64,000 nucleotides of DNA from Takakia lepidozioides (GCA_030704615.1 CM060732.1:20894001-20958000); one strand, 5' to 3'; counted from the first letter of the stretch, positions 24,380 through 37,747 are shown. The notes: generated by a model from the letters alone, not told the origin. A program made the numbers and translations.

Positions 24380-25130
24380 AACCTACCAAGAATCATCTAG
24401 AGATTCCAGCCTTATAGCAGTGGGCCCAGCTCATTTATGCATGACATACCAAAAAATGAGCCAAGTCCACCGTGGAAATTGTGAGATTATAGCTTTGGCC
24501 CGGACCTCAAATATCATGTCCCAAAGAAAAAATGAGAAAGAAATTGGTTTGACCAAATCAAAACCTAGCTTTATCCAATTTGCTTGCCCCAAGACCCACC
24601 ATTTCCAAATCAATAGTGGAGTGGCTATGACCCCACTAAATTGCAGGTCCAACTGATTTTTTCACCTATGGTTGCTATGCATGCAATTACATGGGGTTGA
24701 AATCTTAAAATTGACAAGAGAAAATGTGCCTCCAAATGAAGTACTTTTTTTTCTACAAATTTTTTAAAAGCCAATGGTGGATGTGTGTATGTAATGCTCA
24801 CACACCACAAGGTGAAGCGCTTTTTCCAAAATTGCTAATTTTTTGCCAAAAATGGCCTTTGGAGTGCAATCTGTTTTGGGCTTGTTTACCTGCCACGCCA
24901 ACGGTCAACAAGCCCTTTTCAGGCCCCAAAACGTAAATGAGAGATCTAAGATATTTTTTGTAGGTCGTAGCTTTTGTTTTTTTTTTTAATTTTGTTTTTT
25001 GCATCATACTCGAGACAAATCCCTTGTCATTAAAGCTTCAAGAGTGGGGCCCATCAGATTAGATCTGCAAAAATTTGGTCGAACTGCAAATTCAAAGTGA
25101 CCCGATTCAGGTCGCTTGGGAACTTAAGGG

Positions 25131-25410
25131 TTAAGAAGATCTTGGCTCTGAAGAAATTACATTAAACTTGTGAATGCAAGAAGAATCAAAGGTAGGATTG
25201 GTGATGAGGTACGTACTTCGAGTGTATATTGTACCAAGGTGGAGAGTGTATGGAAAAGCCCTCTCACTTGGTCATGATTACTTCCTTAGAGGCTAGACCA
25301 ACGTACCAGGGAGCTTAGATTAATTATACATGAGTGTTCATTATTTAATTCATAGATCACTTGGGAGGCAATGATTACAAACTTAAGAGGATCCTGCCCT
25401 GGAGATATTT
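25131..25410 (+). repeat. ~250-bp repeat array, continuation of 12246-12442
   Basis: Same unit as 12246-12442. Confidence 0.85.
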
Positions 25411-25498
25411 GCTCAAGTAGTAGGTGCTACCAACTGTACGAGTGAACCAGAGTACCTCTCTGAATATTTGCTCATGTACTAGGTGCTAGACCACCGTA

Positions 25499-25803
25499 CC
25501 TACAACGTACCAGCGTACCTCAATACCAACGTACCTTGAGAGCTTGCTTTGGAGGCTTGCTTGGAGTACGCATAAGAGCTCAAGACCACCATCCCTACAA
25601 TGTACCAGCGTACCTCAATACCAGTGTACCTTGAGAGCTTGGAGGCTTGGAGTAGGCACAAGAGCGAGGGCAACTCGCAGGTTTAGGGCTTGAAACACAA
25701 TGAAGGGCCCTGGTGAGGCTACCCTAAGTCCAATAACTATTCATAATTTGTACACAAGGAAGGGCCTTGGTGAGGCTACCCTAAGTCCAATAACTATTCA
25801 TAA
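25499..25803 (+). repeat. two short tandem duplications (~95-bp and ~57-bp period)
   Basis: CCTACAA.GTACCAGCGTACCTCAATACCA.. at 25499 and 25594; AAGGGCC.TGGTGAGGCTACCCTAAGTCCAATAACTATTCATAA at 25703 and 25760. Confidence 0.85.
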
Positions 25804-28196
25804 GTCTTACCTTTCAGGCTTTGTGAGACTCTCCTAGTGGTCTTAGTAATAAAATTACCCCTAATTATCAGAAATTTCTGCCTTTCTTTTGACAGGCTTT
25901 TTTTTTTTTTGACTTTCACTGTGACATGCATTTTTTTCCCGTTGCCTTTTTTTTGACATGCACAATTCTGAAGCGTAACTTATGGTGTCTCTTCACCACA
26001 AGGGCTACTGCCTTCCAGTTGAAAGGTGGACACCTTCATGACACACCATACAGTGGTTTGAACCCACAACCACATCCAACGTGGTATGTGCCCATTACCA
26101 CTGGGCTACATGCTGGTTGTCCCTCCCTCCTACTTCTACGCTAGCCTCCTTCTGCGGCCCACTTGAGAGAGCCAATCTTCCCACACTGTCGGGTTGCCTT
26201 CCCAAACTGGGCAAATGAGTTGGGGTACATAGTCCAACACATATGGCACCTCGTACCTCTTTATTATGATGCATCATAACATCTGGTCATCACGTTACCA
26301 ACCACTTCTTACCGAACTTTTAATGTTGTGATGCTTTAACCTACAATACGGGCTCGCAGGTGAGAAAGGTGTCGTGAGAAAGGAGCACCGGGGGATGGGG
26401 ATTTGACAACGCGCCCGCCGGGATGTTACGGGTACTATCGCCGGTACTGCCATCATCCCGAGCGATCGTACCGCAAGGCTCCCACAAGGAGATTGGTATG
26501 GCGTGAGCACAAAAAAAAAAGGCTGTGTGAGCACGATCCACGGTTATGGGGTGATATGTATGCCAGCGGCAATACATATAATAGACGGACATAGGGGTCT
26601 TTCTGCATTATTAGGGTCTAAATGGTGTCTAAATATTATTTTAAACATATAGAAGGAGATTGAAAGGGAGAAACCTTAAAGGAAAGAAAAAAACCAATTT
26701 TGTCGATGAAACCCAAGTTTCGCTGGCTAAAACCCAAGATACGTTTGCGTTTCGTTGGCGAAATCCATTTTCTGGGTGGTTCTTGGGGATGTTCTACACA
26801 CAATGTTTTACCAAATGCCACATTGTTTAATTTACATTCATTGACCTTTGAGTTATGGCAGATATATTTGTGGCTTTTTGTGCTAACGTGACTTAAGCTT
26901 TGGATTATTAATTTCATAAGTTTTTTCGTGTGAGCATGGTTTTCAGATTTTTTCTTTTTTCTTTTTATCACGTGAGCACATTTTGGTTTCGCAATCGCAT
27001 ATTCTCCAAATTCTTGGGGAATATATGGAATATGCCTTTTGTGCTCGCGTGAGCCTACTCACAGAGCTACCCAACCTCTTCCACAGTCAACTCGTTGGGT
27101 AAGCCTAGTCTTCTCTTGGGTGGGGTCGCATTTCTCTTCAAAAATTACCATTAATTTTTGGATAGATGGCCACATCATCGGATGACCTGGCGAGACGTAG
27201 TACTTCAATGGAGGGAGATCCAATAAAATACAAAGAAAAATAATGGCAAGCTCTTTACCTACTATGGATGGGCCCCCACATGCCATTGTGGTGTCGAGCA
27301 GTAGGCCGAGCTGCCACCCAAACCGCCATAATGGCATGTTGGGGGCCATTCGATAGCGTGAAGGATTGCATCTACCACCTTCTCATTCGCTTGCAAGTGC
27401 TAATCAAACATATTGAGTCCTATAATGTTATGAAGGCAGATTCTCGCTCCCAAGGGTTATTCTGTCTTCTTTCCGGTGCTGAGTTCAGAAAGAGCATGCC
27501 GTTCGGCAAAGCCAGCTAGCGAGGCAGGTAGTATCTTTTGTAGAGGACCTTGGATCCAACATGCAAGATTCTCACTCATCCACACTCATGATCTCACTTC
27601 ATTCATTAGATTTGCACACTAGATTAGCACTAAGGTACACCAGCTGTCAGAGCTTCCAACATCTACGTTTATATAATACTTCAACCCTAAGCACATTGGC
27701 CAGCTTGGCTGTTTTTTTATTGGTTCCACAGATTCTTATCCCAGTGCCTAACTATATCAGATGCCACGTTGCCAGGGCGAGGATAAGCTAGATGTTTAAG
27801 TAAGGACAAATACTTATAAATTAACTCGGGTGTGTGCCAGCTCATTGCAGTGTCTTCATCCTAACGGTCGTCCATTCACATTCATATCTACATGTAGATG
27901 GAATCAGCAAGCATCACAATATTGTGATAGTGTAAATGGCATAATGTGCTTAAACGACAAGCGTTAGCTCTCCTCTGTGTTCTGTGTTTACCCTGCCCAA
28001 TTGTACTTTAGCCATCTGTGTGTCATCTCTTCCCTTACATCCTCATCTTTGTCTTGTGGGATCTTTATTCGCCTTCGGGTTTGTCCCCTGGCTGTGCCCC
28101 TATTTGTAAGACTTCACAGCCCTAGAAGGTTATTTTTGTCTTATTAATGCATTTTAGGGTCTCCGTCCCCTATTTTCTATAAAATAATAAGAAAAA

Positions 28197-28785
28197 TAAC
28201 ATTGCTTTACATCCCAAGTCTTTGAATTAAATAGGTAACACTCTTGTATAATTAATCTAAGCTCCCTGGTACGTTGGTCCAGCCTCTAAGGAAGTAATCA
28301 AGACCAAGTGAGAGGGCTTTTCCATACACTTTCCACCTTGGTACAATATACACTCGAGGTACGTACCTCATCACCAATCCTACCTTTGATTCTTCTTACA
28401 TTCACAAGTTTCATATAGTTTTTCCAGGGCCAGGATCTTCTTAAGTTTGTAATCATTGCTTTACATCCCAAGTCTTTGAATTAAATAGTTGACACTCTTG
28501 TATAATTAATCTAAGCTCCCTGGTACGTTGGTCCAGCCTCCAAGGAAGTAATCATGACAAAGTGAGAGGGGTTTCCATACGTCGGTACAATATACAGTCT
28601 AGGTACGTACCTCCTCACCAATCCTAGCTTTGTTTGTTCTTGCATTTACAAGTTTGATGTAGTTTCTCCAGGGCCAACATCTTCTTAACTTTATAATCAT
28701 TGCTTTACATCCCAAGATTATGAATTGAAAATGAACACTCATGTATAATTCTAAGTTCCTTGGTACACTGGTCCAGCCTCCAAGG
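28197..28785 (-). repeat. tandem array (~2.4 units, period 244-254 bp) of the same repeat, inverted
   Basis: ATTGCTTTACATCCCAAG recurs at ~28201, ~28455 and ~28699; reverse complement of the 12246/25191 unit. Confidence 0.88.
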
Positions 28786-29049
28786 CTCTAGCCTCCGGCC
28801 TCACTGGTCCAGTCTCCAGCCTCGTTTATGGCTTTTGGAAGTAACTCAAGGGTGGGGAGACCAAGGAAAGATCCATCTCAACGATAATGTCTTTATTTGG
28901 CTCACAAAGGTCGCTCTCTCCAGTTCACACCCACGAGGTACCAAACCTTTACTTAAACTACTAGCATTATTTGACCTGACTTTGGCTTTGGCTTTCTTTG
29001 ATGGTTGGAATTTATTGATATGCTAAGTGAGGGGTTATGAGCGGGTGAA

Positions 29050-31216
29050 TTGATGTTTCCAAATCGTTGTTTTGCAAACGTCATCGCGACCGGATTGCCT
29101 GGGGCTTTATCAGAAAGTCAAAATTCTGAAACAGATGAGGATTTCTCCGACTCTGTAGATGCCCATCAACTTCCATCTTCCAAAGCTTGTGGTCCCCAAG
29201 GCAGGACCTATAGCCGAAGATTCAAAGCTTCATGGAAAATTGGAAGGAAATGACTTATGCACTTCAAACCACCGGGTGGGCCATGTACTGGTTTTATGAA
29301 ATGTGCTGTTTTTGAGAAGTTCCGTATCAATTCGCCATGGGGTCGTGGAGCAAGTTGTAAAAACATGCGGAAGTTTGTAGTTCGTGATCATGAAAAAAAC
29401 TCCGATCACAAAACCGCATTGCTTCGATGGGAAGTTGTTCACTTTCCTTCTTCTGGCTTGGTTCCTATTATCCGGCATATTTAACATACTGTTGAGAAAG
29501 AGTATGCAAAGATCATCACTTGCATGAAGATCTTGTTCTTCATTGTGACTCAAGACCGCTCCATTCTAAGTTATGAGAGCGAATGTCAATTCCTTAGGGT
29601 CTTGAACACCCCTGATATGCCTGTGAATGATGAGTATGGAGCTTACACTACACGGACGGCTGCATTGGAGTTTTTGTGGGCATTGTCAGAGCATGTGAAA
29701 CAATTACTGTATTCCAGTGCTTCAAAGTCTCCCGTGTTTTCACTTATGATTGATGAGTCCACTGACCGGACTATGGAACAACATTTGATTGTATATTGTT
29801 GTTATCTGAGTTTGGAAGGGAAAGGCCCTCAAACCCCTGCCTTTGTGGAATTATTGGCAATCAAAGATGCAACTGGAGAGAACATGTACCTTGCTACATC
29901 ATCACTATTGGAAATGTTGGGTTGGAATCCATCAAACCTAGTGGTTGTTGCTACTGATGGAGCATCTTCAATGGTAGGTGTTCATCAAGGGCTAGCTACT
30001 CGCTTGCGAGGAGATGTTTTTACTTTGGTGAACACACATTGTATAGCCCATCGTGAGGCTTTAGCAGCAAGTGATGCGTTGAAGGCAGTGCCCGAGTTGC
30101 AGGTCTTGGATCAATTTGCTAACAAGGTTTATGAGTGGGTAGGGAGGAGTTGTAACCGACGGAAGGAACTCAAAGGGCTCATGGAATCATTTGATTTGGA
30201 GCCACTAACTATCCTACAATTTCACTCAGTCCGATGGCTTTCTCGAGGTCAGGTGTTGGAGCGGATTTTGTATTACATGCCAGCCATTTTGGATTCGAGT
30301 GACGGAGGCTTATTGGTATCGCCAAGCTACCACATTCCAGTTTCAATTCATGCTTCATCTTGCGGTTGATGTTTTAGCGGAGTTGAATAAGTTGAATCGG
30401 AAATTTCAATACAACATGGTTGATATTTCAATGATTGGATGCACTTTGGATGCAACCATTTCTATATTGATGAGGCATTTTCTCTGTGGTCATGGTCCCA
30501 ACTTTGGACGAGTGACAAAGCATTTGGGACCATTCTTGGCTGGAGCTTGGGTTGATGGTGCCTTAAGATGGAGGGCAGACAATGGCCTTGACGGTACAAT
30601 GCATCTTATGCACCATGGACAAATTTTTTATCGAGATGACACGTTGCAAGAACGTAAGGTAATAGGAGCTGAGTATGTGCAAGCGGTTGTGGATAGCTTG
30701 AATGAGAGATTTCCTGACCTTCCTGTCTTCAATGCATCAAAGCTCTTCAGTCCAAAGTATTATCCAAGTGATGAAGCTGATGCTCGTATCTCTATGTCCA
30801 AGCAGTGGTTGGAGAGGTTGATCTTGAAATTTGGATTGACAGAGGCTGAAAGTGATGCAAGCAGGGTTGAGTTGCTTGAGTTTGTGGAAACCTTGAGGCA
30901 TGAGTGTAAAAACAAATCTTTCTTTGAGGCGTGACAATTGTGTGGAGGCACCAATGAATGGCACACTAACTGGTCACACCTCATGTGTTTTTGGCAAAAG
31001 ACACTTGTGATTCCTACAAGTACTGCAATTTTTGAGAGGGGTTTCTCAAAACAAAATGCTATCAAAAGTCATTTGCGGTCTTGCTTGAAGTTGGATACTT
31101 TGGACGCTTTGATGCGTGTGTCATTGTGTAGGATCAAGTTGGAGAATATGGATTGGAGGGCAGTGTTCGAGGTGTGGCGTAACATGAGAAACCGAAGATT
31201 TTTTTCTTTGGACTAA
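29050..31216 (+). pseudogene. hAT-superfamily transposase relic
   Basis: FSLMIDESTD, ATDGASSM, HCIAH (CxxH), VRWLSR, and IPTSTAIFERGFS...LDALMRV dimerisation domain; several stops and frameshifts. Confidence 0.88.
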
Positions 31217-32931
31217 TTGTACTAAGAAGTTCACACTTCTCTATCATTTTTAATTTTAATTTCATATGATATGATTGTGTGAAAGGCAAAAAATTTCTCA
31301 ACCTGTCATGTGAAAGGCATTTTTTCAAAGTTGTCTGTCACAGTGAAAGTAAAAAAAAAATATATCCTGTCACAAAAACGGTAAGGCTACTTGTCAAAAA
31401 AACAAGATAGACAGCTATATGGTTTTTTTTCATAGGGCATGGGATGGGCCGGTGGGCCCAAGACATGCACATAAAAGACACATGTAGGCCTTCTTTCTAC
31501 TTGTAGAGGTTTCCATAAGAAGCAGCGGCATGAGGCGGTGGGCCCCCTTCTAGAAGGCTCCACCACCACCGCCTCCAAAGACTATATAAAGAGGGTAAGG
31601 GGGGTATATATTTTATTAGGTTTGTTCTGCCTCCCTTTGGTGGGCTCTGCAAGCAGCTCCTTAGAAAATAAAAATTTGGATTTAATTAAAAACTCTCTTA
31701 CTATGCAACAACAACAATTACTCAATAAGACTATGCACATTGAGTGATAATGATTGCGCAGTTGCGCCAGCTTGATATTATTTTTCATCTCCAAAATAAT
31801 TTGAACTCCAAGATCCCCTCTCTGCTCTCCTGTTTCCAGTACCCGTTCCCATGCTCCCCTCTTTGTTCCCAGTCCCTACTCCCGTTCCTGCTCCTCTCCT
31901 CGCCCTATGGAACTGGGCATGCTCTCTGCTTCCCTCCTCCTCGGGAATCGGGCCTGCTCCCCATGTTCCCCGTCCCCGCTCCCCTATTTCACTATGAGGA
32001 GGAGGGATGGGGGAGTCGGATGAGGGGAGCAAGAATTGGAGAATGTTTGGGAACATGGTCCTGAACGTAGGGAGCATGAAGAGGGAACAGGAGGTGTGGA
32101 GCGCTCCCCACTTTCCTAATGCGGGATCATATTTGACTGCCAGTAGAGGGCCTCACACGCTTGCCTTAAACTCGGATAAGCGTAGAGGGGAAAGGACCTC
32201 TAATGACCTCTACAACGTATTTCAAAAGATCTGTCGTTGTTTCTAAAAGTGAGCAGGTGGGCTTACAGCTTTCTCGGGAGCTGGGACCGAGCACCTAGTC
32301 AGGAAGTTGCGCGAGAAGGTTGCCGAGACTGGATGGTGATCGAGGACAGAGATGGCAGACTGGTGTCGACAGGGCGCATTTCTACTAGCCCAAAGGTGGA
32401 GTGGAGCTTGACCCTATCTTGAATCCGTCATGGTCCTAGTTGGGTAGGAAGGAAAAGAAGGAATGAGCGCCTTTCTTGGCGTATATCAAGCCTATCGCTA
32501 TCTGGTCTGAGGTGGCGGCTGAAGATCATTGATCCAGGAAGAGAAGGCCGCGACCATCATGCATCAGCACGCGGACGTGCTGCTTCCGCTTGCACCGTTG
32601 TGGTGCTGGAAGATGGTCAAACAACAGTTCCTGTTCGTGGACCATTTCTGATGCGGGGCTACCCTTTAGTGGGGATCATAACATGAGATTACTTCACTCA
32701 TTAACTTCATGCAAGACGTGGGTCCCCAGCCACCCAGGCTCTGTTTTTCCTCTTTTTTGTCCGAAGGGGCAGCCACCCCTCTTCAGTAATGACTGACAGA
32801 AAGAAACAGAAACAAAGGGTGCACTCCCGCGTCCTGCCGCCGCGTGATTTACCTATTATGGTGCCTCTTCTCTTGGAAGTGGACTTAGCAAGATCTAGAT
32901 TTAGTGAGAGAACTGAATTCGAAAATAAAAA

Positions 32932-33010
32932 CGTGCGGAAAAGATGGAGGTAGCCGCCACTGTAGTTTCTGAATGCTGGTGGATACGTTGGTGTATATAG
33001 TGCTCAGGAT
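32932..33010 (+). promoter_or_regulatory. conserved GH3 proximal promoter with TATA-like box
   Basis: CGTGCGGA.AAGATG and GGATACGTTG.TGTGTATATAGTGCTCA are shared with 53486-53583 upstream of GH3 copy 3. Confidence 0.55.
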
Positions 33011-33207
33011 TTAAGTGGAATTCCAGTGCATCGTCTTCTCAAGGTTATCCAAGCTCTGTGGTGTGTCTACAGGTGAGAATTAAAGTGAGCTCAGATCGCA
33101 GTAGTTGGTTGGAACGGGTTGAGAAGAGCTCTGCAAACTGCAACCGTCTCCCAAACACAGCACTGACATTCACACAGAAGTAGATTAAGACCTGCAAACA
33201 AACTGCG

Positions 33208-36200
33208 ATGGGGACTATAGCAGACATCGCCCAATCAGATATATGCAGCAAACTCAGGAAACCAGCTGTAAGGGAGCTGACAAGCAACCACAATGTGGAG
33301 CTACATGCAAATGGCTCTCTTCCAATTGAGTTGGTACCTCCACTTGAATTGGAGCTGCAAGCAAAAGAAGGGAGCTTTGTGATGCCATCCAGAAGGGCGT
33401 GGAATGATCCTTCAACAGAAAACTTCGATCCTGAAGATTTCCTAGAGGAGCTTACCAAGGACGTAAGATTGATCCAGAGAGAGCAACTGCGAGAGATACT
33501 TGCACACAATGCGGATGTGGAGTATCTGCGACGCCACGGTCTAGATGGCCACACTGACGTGGAAAGCTTCAAGAATCACGTGCCAGTTGTGAGCTATGAC
33601 GATCTGGAGACAGACATCCTCCGTTTGGTGAACGGGGAGGCCACTCACGTCTTTTCCGTCGACCCAGTATCTCACTTTTCTCTCAGGCGAATTTCTCTCT
33701 TACGTTCCTTTCTTTCTTTCCAGCTTCTCTCTATCCCTCTATCTACAGAGTTTACTTACGTTTCAATGGCGCATAGAAAAATCGTGTCCACGAACTTGTC
33801 CAATTGATCCGCTCGATCGATTGCTTGAATCGAAGGATATCACACTAAAAGAAGCGCCGTGTTCGTGTTCATTTGTGGTAGTATCAGCGGAAATATCTAA
33901 GGTATACATGTCCACTGGCATGCATATTTATCTAGAATCAAATCTTGTCTCGTCTCGGCATGGCCATGTGATGACGATGTTCAGATGTTGTTCCAGATGT
34001 AGAGAAATATTTCGACCTCGATCTTCGACCTCCCTCTCTCAGTCCTTCTTATAGTTCTTTGTTTTGATCTGCGGAAAAATGCAGCTCAGGAACCACGGGT
34101 GGGAAATCGAAATATATCCCAACGAACTTGTCCAAAGCGTTTGGCAACTGGCCTTTTCGTGAAGCACTGGAAGCTTCACTGCGCAACAGGTGTGTACATA
34201 TTTCTGGACCCTCCAAGTTCTGTTTCTCTTCTGTTTCTCTCCGTTCACAACATCAATTGGGTGTCAGTACATTCACACGGGTTTCCAAACGCAATCGGGG
34301 AGTATTAGGATCTTTTGGTCGAGTAGAGGTTTCGTTTGAGCTTCTGAGAGAGACTCAGAATATATTGATCTACATGACCGGTCGGTGTTTAATAGCTTTC
34401 AAGAGTGTCTAACATTGTTACTTTAAACAATATACAATTGCAGCAACTTAGAAAGAGTCATATTTACTGAGTCATAAACTCGTGTGTAGTGTGTACCTAG
34501 TGCATGTGCAATAAACACATAGTTACGTAGATGTTCTGTTGTCTGTAATAGCTGCGAGCTTGGCAAATGCGGATCCAGGAATTATATATCGTTACTGAGA
34601 CCGTACTGTTCAAGTTTGATGTACTAGACCGTCGAATATTAAACAACTCAAGCTCAAGCAAACTTGGAACAAGACTCCGATGTTTGGGCTCTGACAATCT
34701 CTTCTGCAAAAGGGGTTTGGCGCTGGATGGGTTAAAGTGCCATTTCCCTGCCCCGCCTAGTTTTTGTTGTTTTCTTCCTCCGAGGAGGGTTCTTGGCTCT
34801 AGCGAGTAAATCTCTTCCTTTCCTCTGCAGGGGAAAATGTATATATATCTATCAAACTTATGCCTTCCGTGGTGCGGTATGATCATTGCAACAGGGAATT
34901 TGAAACGTTGAAGTTGAAGCCAGGCAAGTCGGTCTATATCAATTTCCCAGGAACGCAGATTGACACCCCAAGCGGAATCAAGGCTGGAGCAGTGACCACC
35001 AATTATTATAAGAGTCCACTGTACAGAGAGCGGAATTATAACGTAAACAATGTACATGTGAGCCCAGATGAAGTGCTGCTTTGTAGCGACAGTAGCCAGG
35101 GCATGTACTGCCAACTCCTCTGTGCCCTCTCTGAGGCACAAGAAATAACCAGACTGGAGACGCTTTTTGCTGTGACAATCGTTAGCGTGGTGAGAGCTCT
35201 TCAAAAGTGCTGGCCCGAAATTTGCGAGGACATAAGAACTGGGACCCTCAACAGCAAGATCACTGACCCTGCTGTCAGAAACGCTGTGGGAAAGATACTG
35301 AAGCCAAATCCGGTCCTGGCAAGCATGATTGAGAAGGAGTGCTTGGTTGATGACTGGGAGGCTATCATCCCCCGTCTCTGGAGGAATATTTGCTACATTT
35401 CGTGTATATTCACTGGAAGTATGCAGCAGTATGTACCGGCATTGAAGCACTTTGCTGGCCCGAATGTCCATTTGATGTCTACACTCTACGCGGCCGCCGA
35501 ATGCGTATTCATTGGTATGAATGTGAGTCTGAGTTGCGCACCCGAAGATACATCATATTTGGTCTGGCCAGAGGAGGCCTTCTTCGAGTTCATTGCATTG
35601 AATTCCGACGGCAACGCATTGGAACCACAAATTCCGGTTGAGCTGGCGGATGTGGTGCTTGGGCACGAGTATGAGTTGGTCGTCACGAATGGCACAGGTG
35701 GGTCCTTAATTCTGTTTCGGGTGGGCTGCACACTTATACTCGCGTGTAATTTGTATGCATGCATAACATGTGGCGTTTGAACGCCCATGCGTAGATGCCA
35801 AGAGGCCTTCGTCGTGTCATTTCAAGAGACCTAGTGCGAGCTGCCTAGAGCTTGATAACGTGTGAGGTCCCAAGTTTTAATTTATTTGCTTATGATGTCA
35901 TATTTGCGCCGAGCTGATCGAGAGCTGTTCAGGGGAAGATTTTGTAGATTGATGCAGTGTAGATTCTGTGCACGACTCGAATTGAAGTATGTCTATATCG
36001 ATTACCGGGAGTGAATATAGGGCTTGAAGTTGTCCTTTCTAGGCTTCAATGGCGTATTTTGTGCAAGAGGCTCTTTCTCAGCCAATATCCTCAAGTTTCT
36101 CTCGTGCAACTCCTCCGTCAGAGGGGCCAAGGCCTCTACATTTTCGTTTTGATTTCGAGTCACAAGCTCATGCCAAGGGGCAATTCAAGATTTTACATAT

Positions 36201-37145
36201 GTATAGTTACTGATCAATGTGCATGGCTCAGAGTCCAGACTAGAGATTCGGAGAGACATGTGCCTACAGTAAGCTGTAGGGTGAACTTTTCGGAGTCTAG
36301 AACTTGTAATTGTTGGCCATTTGGAAGCGGCCTTTGCTCAAGTTTATTTTCGCATGGTGGGATGAATTTGCCAGGTCTATATCGCTACCGTGTTGGGGAT
36401 GTTGTGAGGGTCAAGAGCTTCAGAAACACAGCACCAATATTGGAATTTATCCGCAGAAAGAATGTGCTTCTCAGCATCAACACTGACAAAACTGATGAAC
36501 AAGAGCTTCAAATAATTGTCAACAAGGCAACCCAACACTTTGCTGGAACATCATTAAAGCTGGCCGACTTCACCAGCCACGCAGACATCACCTCAGCGCC
36601 AGGCCACTACGTTATCTTCTGGGAACTGGAGAGTAGCAGGTATGTTGCATGAATATAACTGATCTGAGGCTGTTCTCTTTGCAACTGAAACCTTGAACTA
36701 CATAAGTTGATGTACCCTGGACTAAAGATTTATGGATTGTTTTAAATGTAAGATTTGTTCAGTCCATTCACTTTTGAGCATGTAGGGGGTAATTTCTTAC
36801 TCTTTGAACTTATCCATTGTGCACATTGACAACAGGAATTTGGATCACGAAGTCTTACAGAAATGTACCAATACCCTTGATGTTTCCTTGAATTACCCCT
36901 ACCGAAGAGCGAGGGTGGGGGACACGATTGGACCTTTGGAGCTCCGTGTTGTCGAGAGTGGCACATTCAACAAGTTAATGGATATGGCAATCAGCAGAGG
37001 AACTGCCCCCGCACAATACAAGCCCCCTCGATGTGTGAGCGCACCTCATATTATGGAGATATTGAACGCTGCAGTGGTTGCCAAATTCTATAGCCTAGAA
37101 ATACCCTCCGCTTTGCCTCCCAGTGCGCGCCTGCATGAGATCTAG
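33208..37145 (+). CDS. GH3: GH3 acyl-acid amido synthetase (copy 2); exons 33208-33686, 34085-34189, 34895-35697, 36375-36639, 36836-37145
   Basis: GH3 motifs SSGTTGGKSKYIP, YAAAEC and YRYRVGD; TDKTDE, PGHYVIFWE, QYKPPRC. Intron 1 uses a GC donor; the last acceptor is shifted 9 nt. Confidence 0.9.
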
Positions 37146-37747
37146 TTTTGAAGATTCACAATACTGGATCCGTATCCCCTAGATCCCCTGTTGCTTCTTT
37201 GGAGCCACCATTCATGAATCACAACTCTTAGGATTCCGGGTTACAACATGCACATTGCATGAGCTTGGTATAGATTTATTTTGAATGACGTGATGTGTGT
37301 GCACAACACAATGTGCGTCAAGATTCAGATTTAATCTCTCCATCATAGCATCAGATTATCTGTTGACAGTTGTGACAGAATGTTCATTGTACAGAAAACT
37401 CATTTCTCTAATGAAAAAGTGGGCAACTTATCTAGATCAGCTTCAATAAGCTTTCTTTTTGCTCTGTATGTGACTTGCGTCTTCAACTTCTGATGACTGT
37501 TAGCTCTTATTACCCCACCTCGACCCAGGAGCCCCGCTCTAGCCTCTTGTAGTCCCCAAGAACTTTTGGGTCTTATACACAATAGATGTATGCATAAGAA
37601 ACTACTTGTCGCTACTTCTTTGTTCGCTGCTTTTGTAGATGCTTACTTAATTTCTCCAATGCATGCAGAGTATTCAGGCGCAAACTTTGTTGGGACATAT
37701 ACAATGACCCCAACATTTTTGCGGAACCAGATTGGGAAGTTTGGAGG

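Larger units (their letters stand above)
12443..25130. mobile_element. piggyBac-like non-autonomous element (~824 bp once the nested gypsy element is removed)
   Basis: Perfect 17-bp TIRs CCCTTAAGTTCCCAAGC (12443-12459) and GCTTGGGAACTTAAGGG (25114-25130), each flanked by TTAA (12439-12442, 25131-25134). Removing the element restores the host repeat (TACAA.CTTAAGAAGATC) as seen uninterrupted at ~25375-25392 and ~28433-28452. Confidence 0.82.

Noticed and set aside
31580-32600. Possible LINE remnant or gene upstream of GH3 copy 2
   Set aside because: Only short low-complexity ORFs; no diagnostic motifs.
34497-35471. 324-aa minus-strand ORF and similar antisense ORFs over GH3 and TE genes
   Set aside because: Shadow frames of real plus-strand coding exons.
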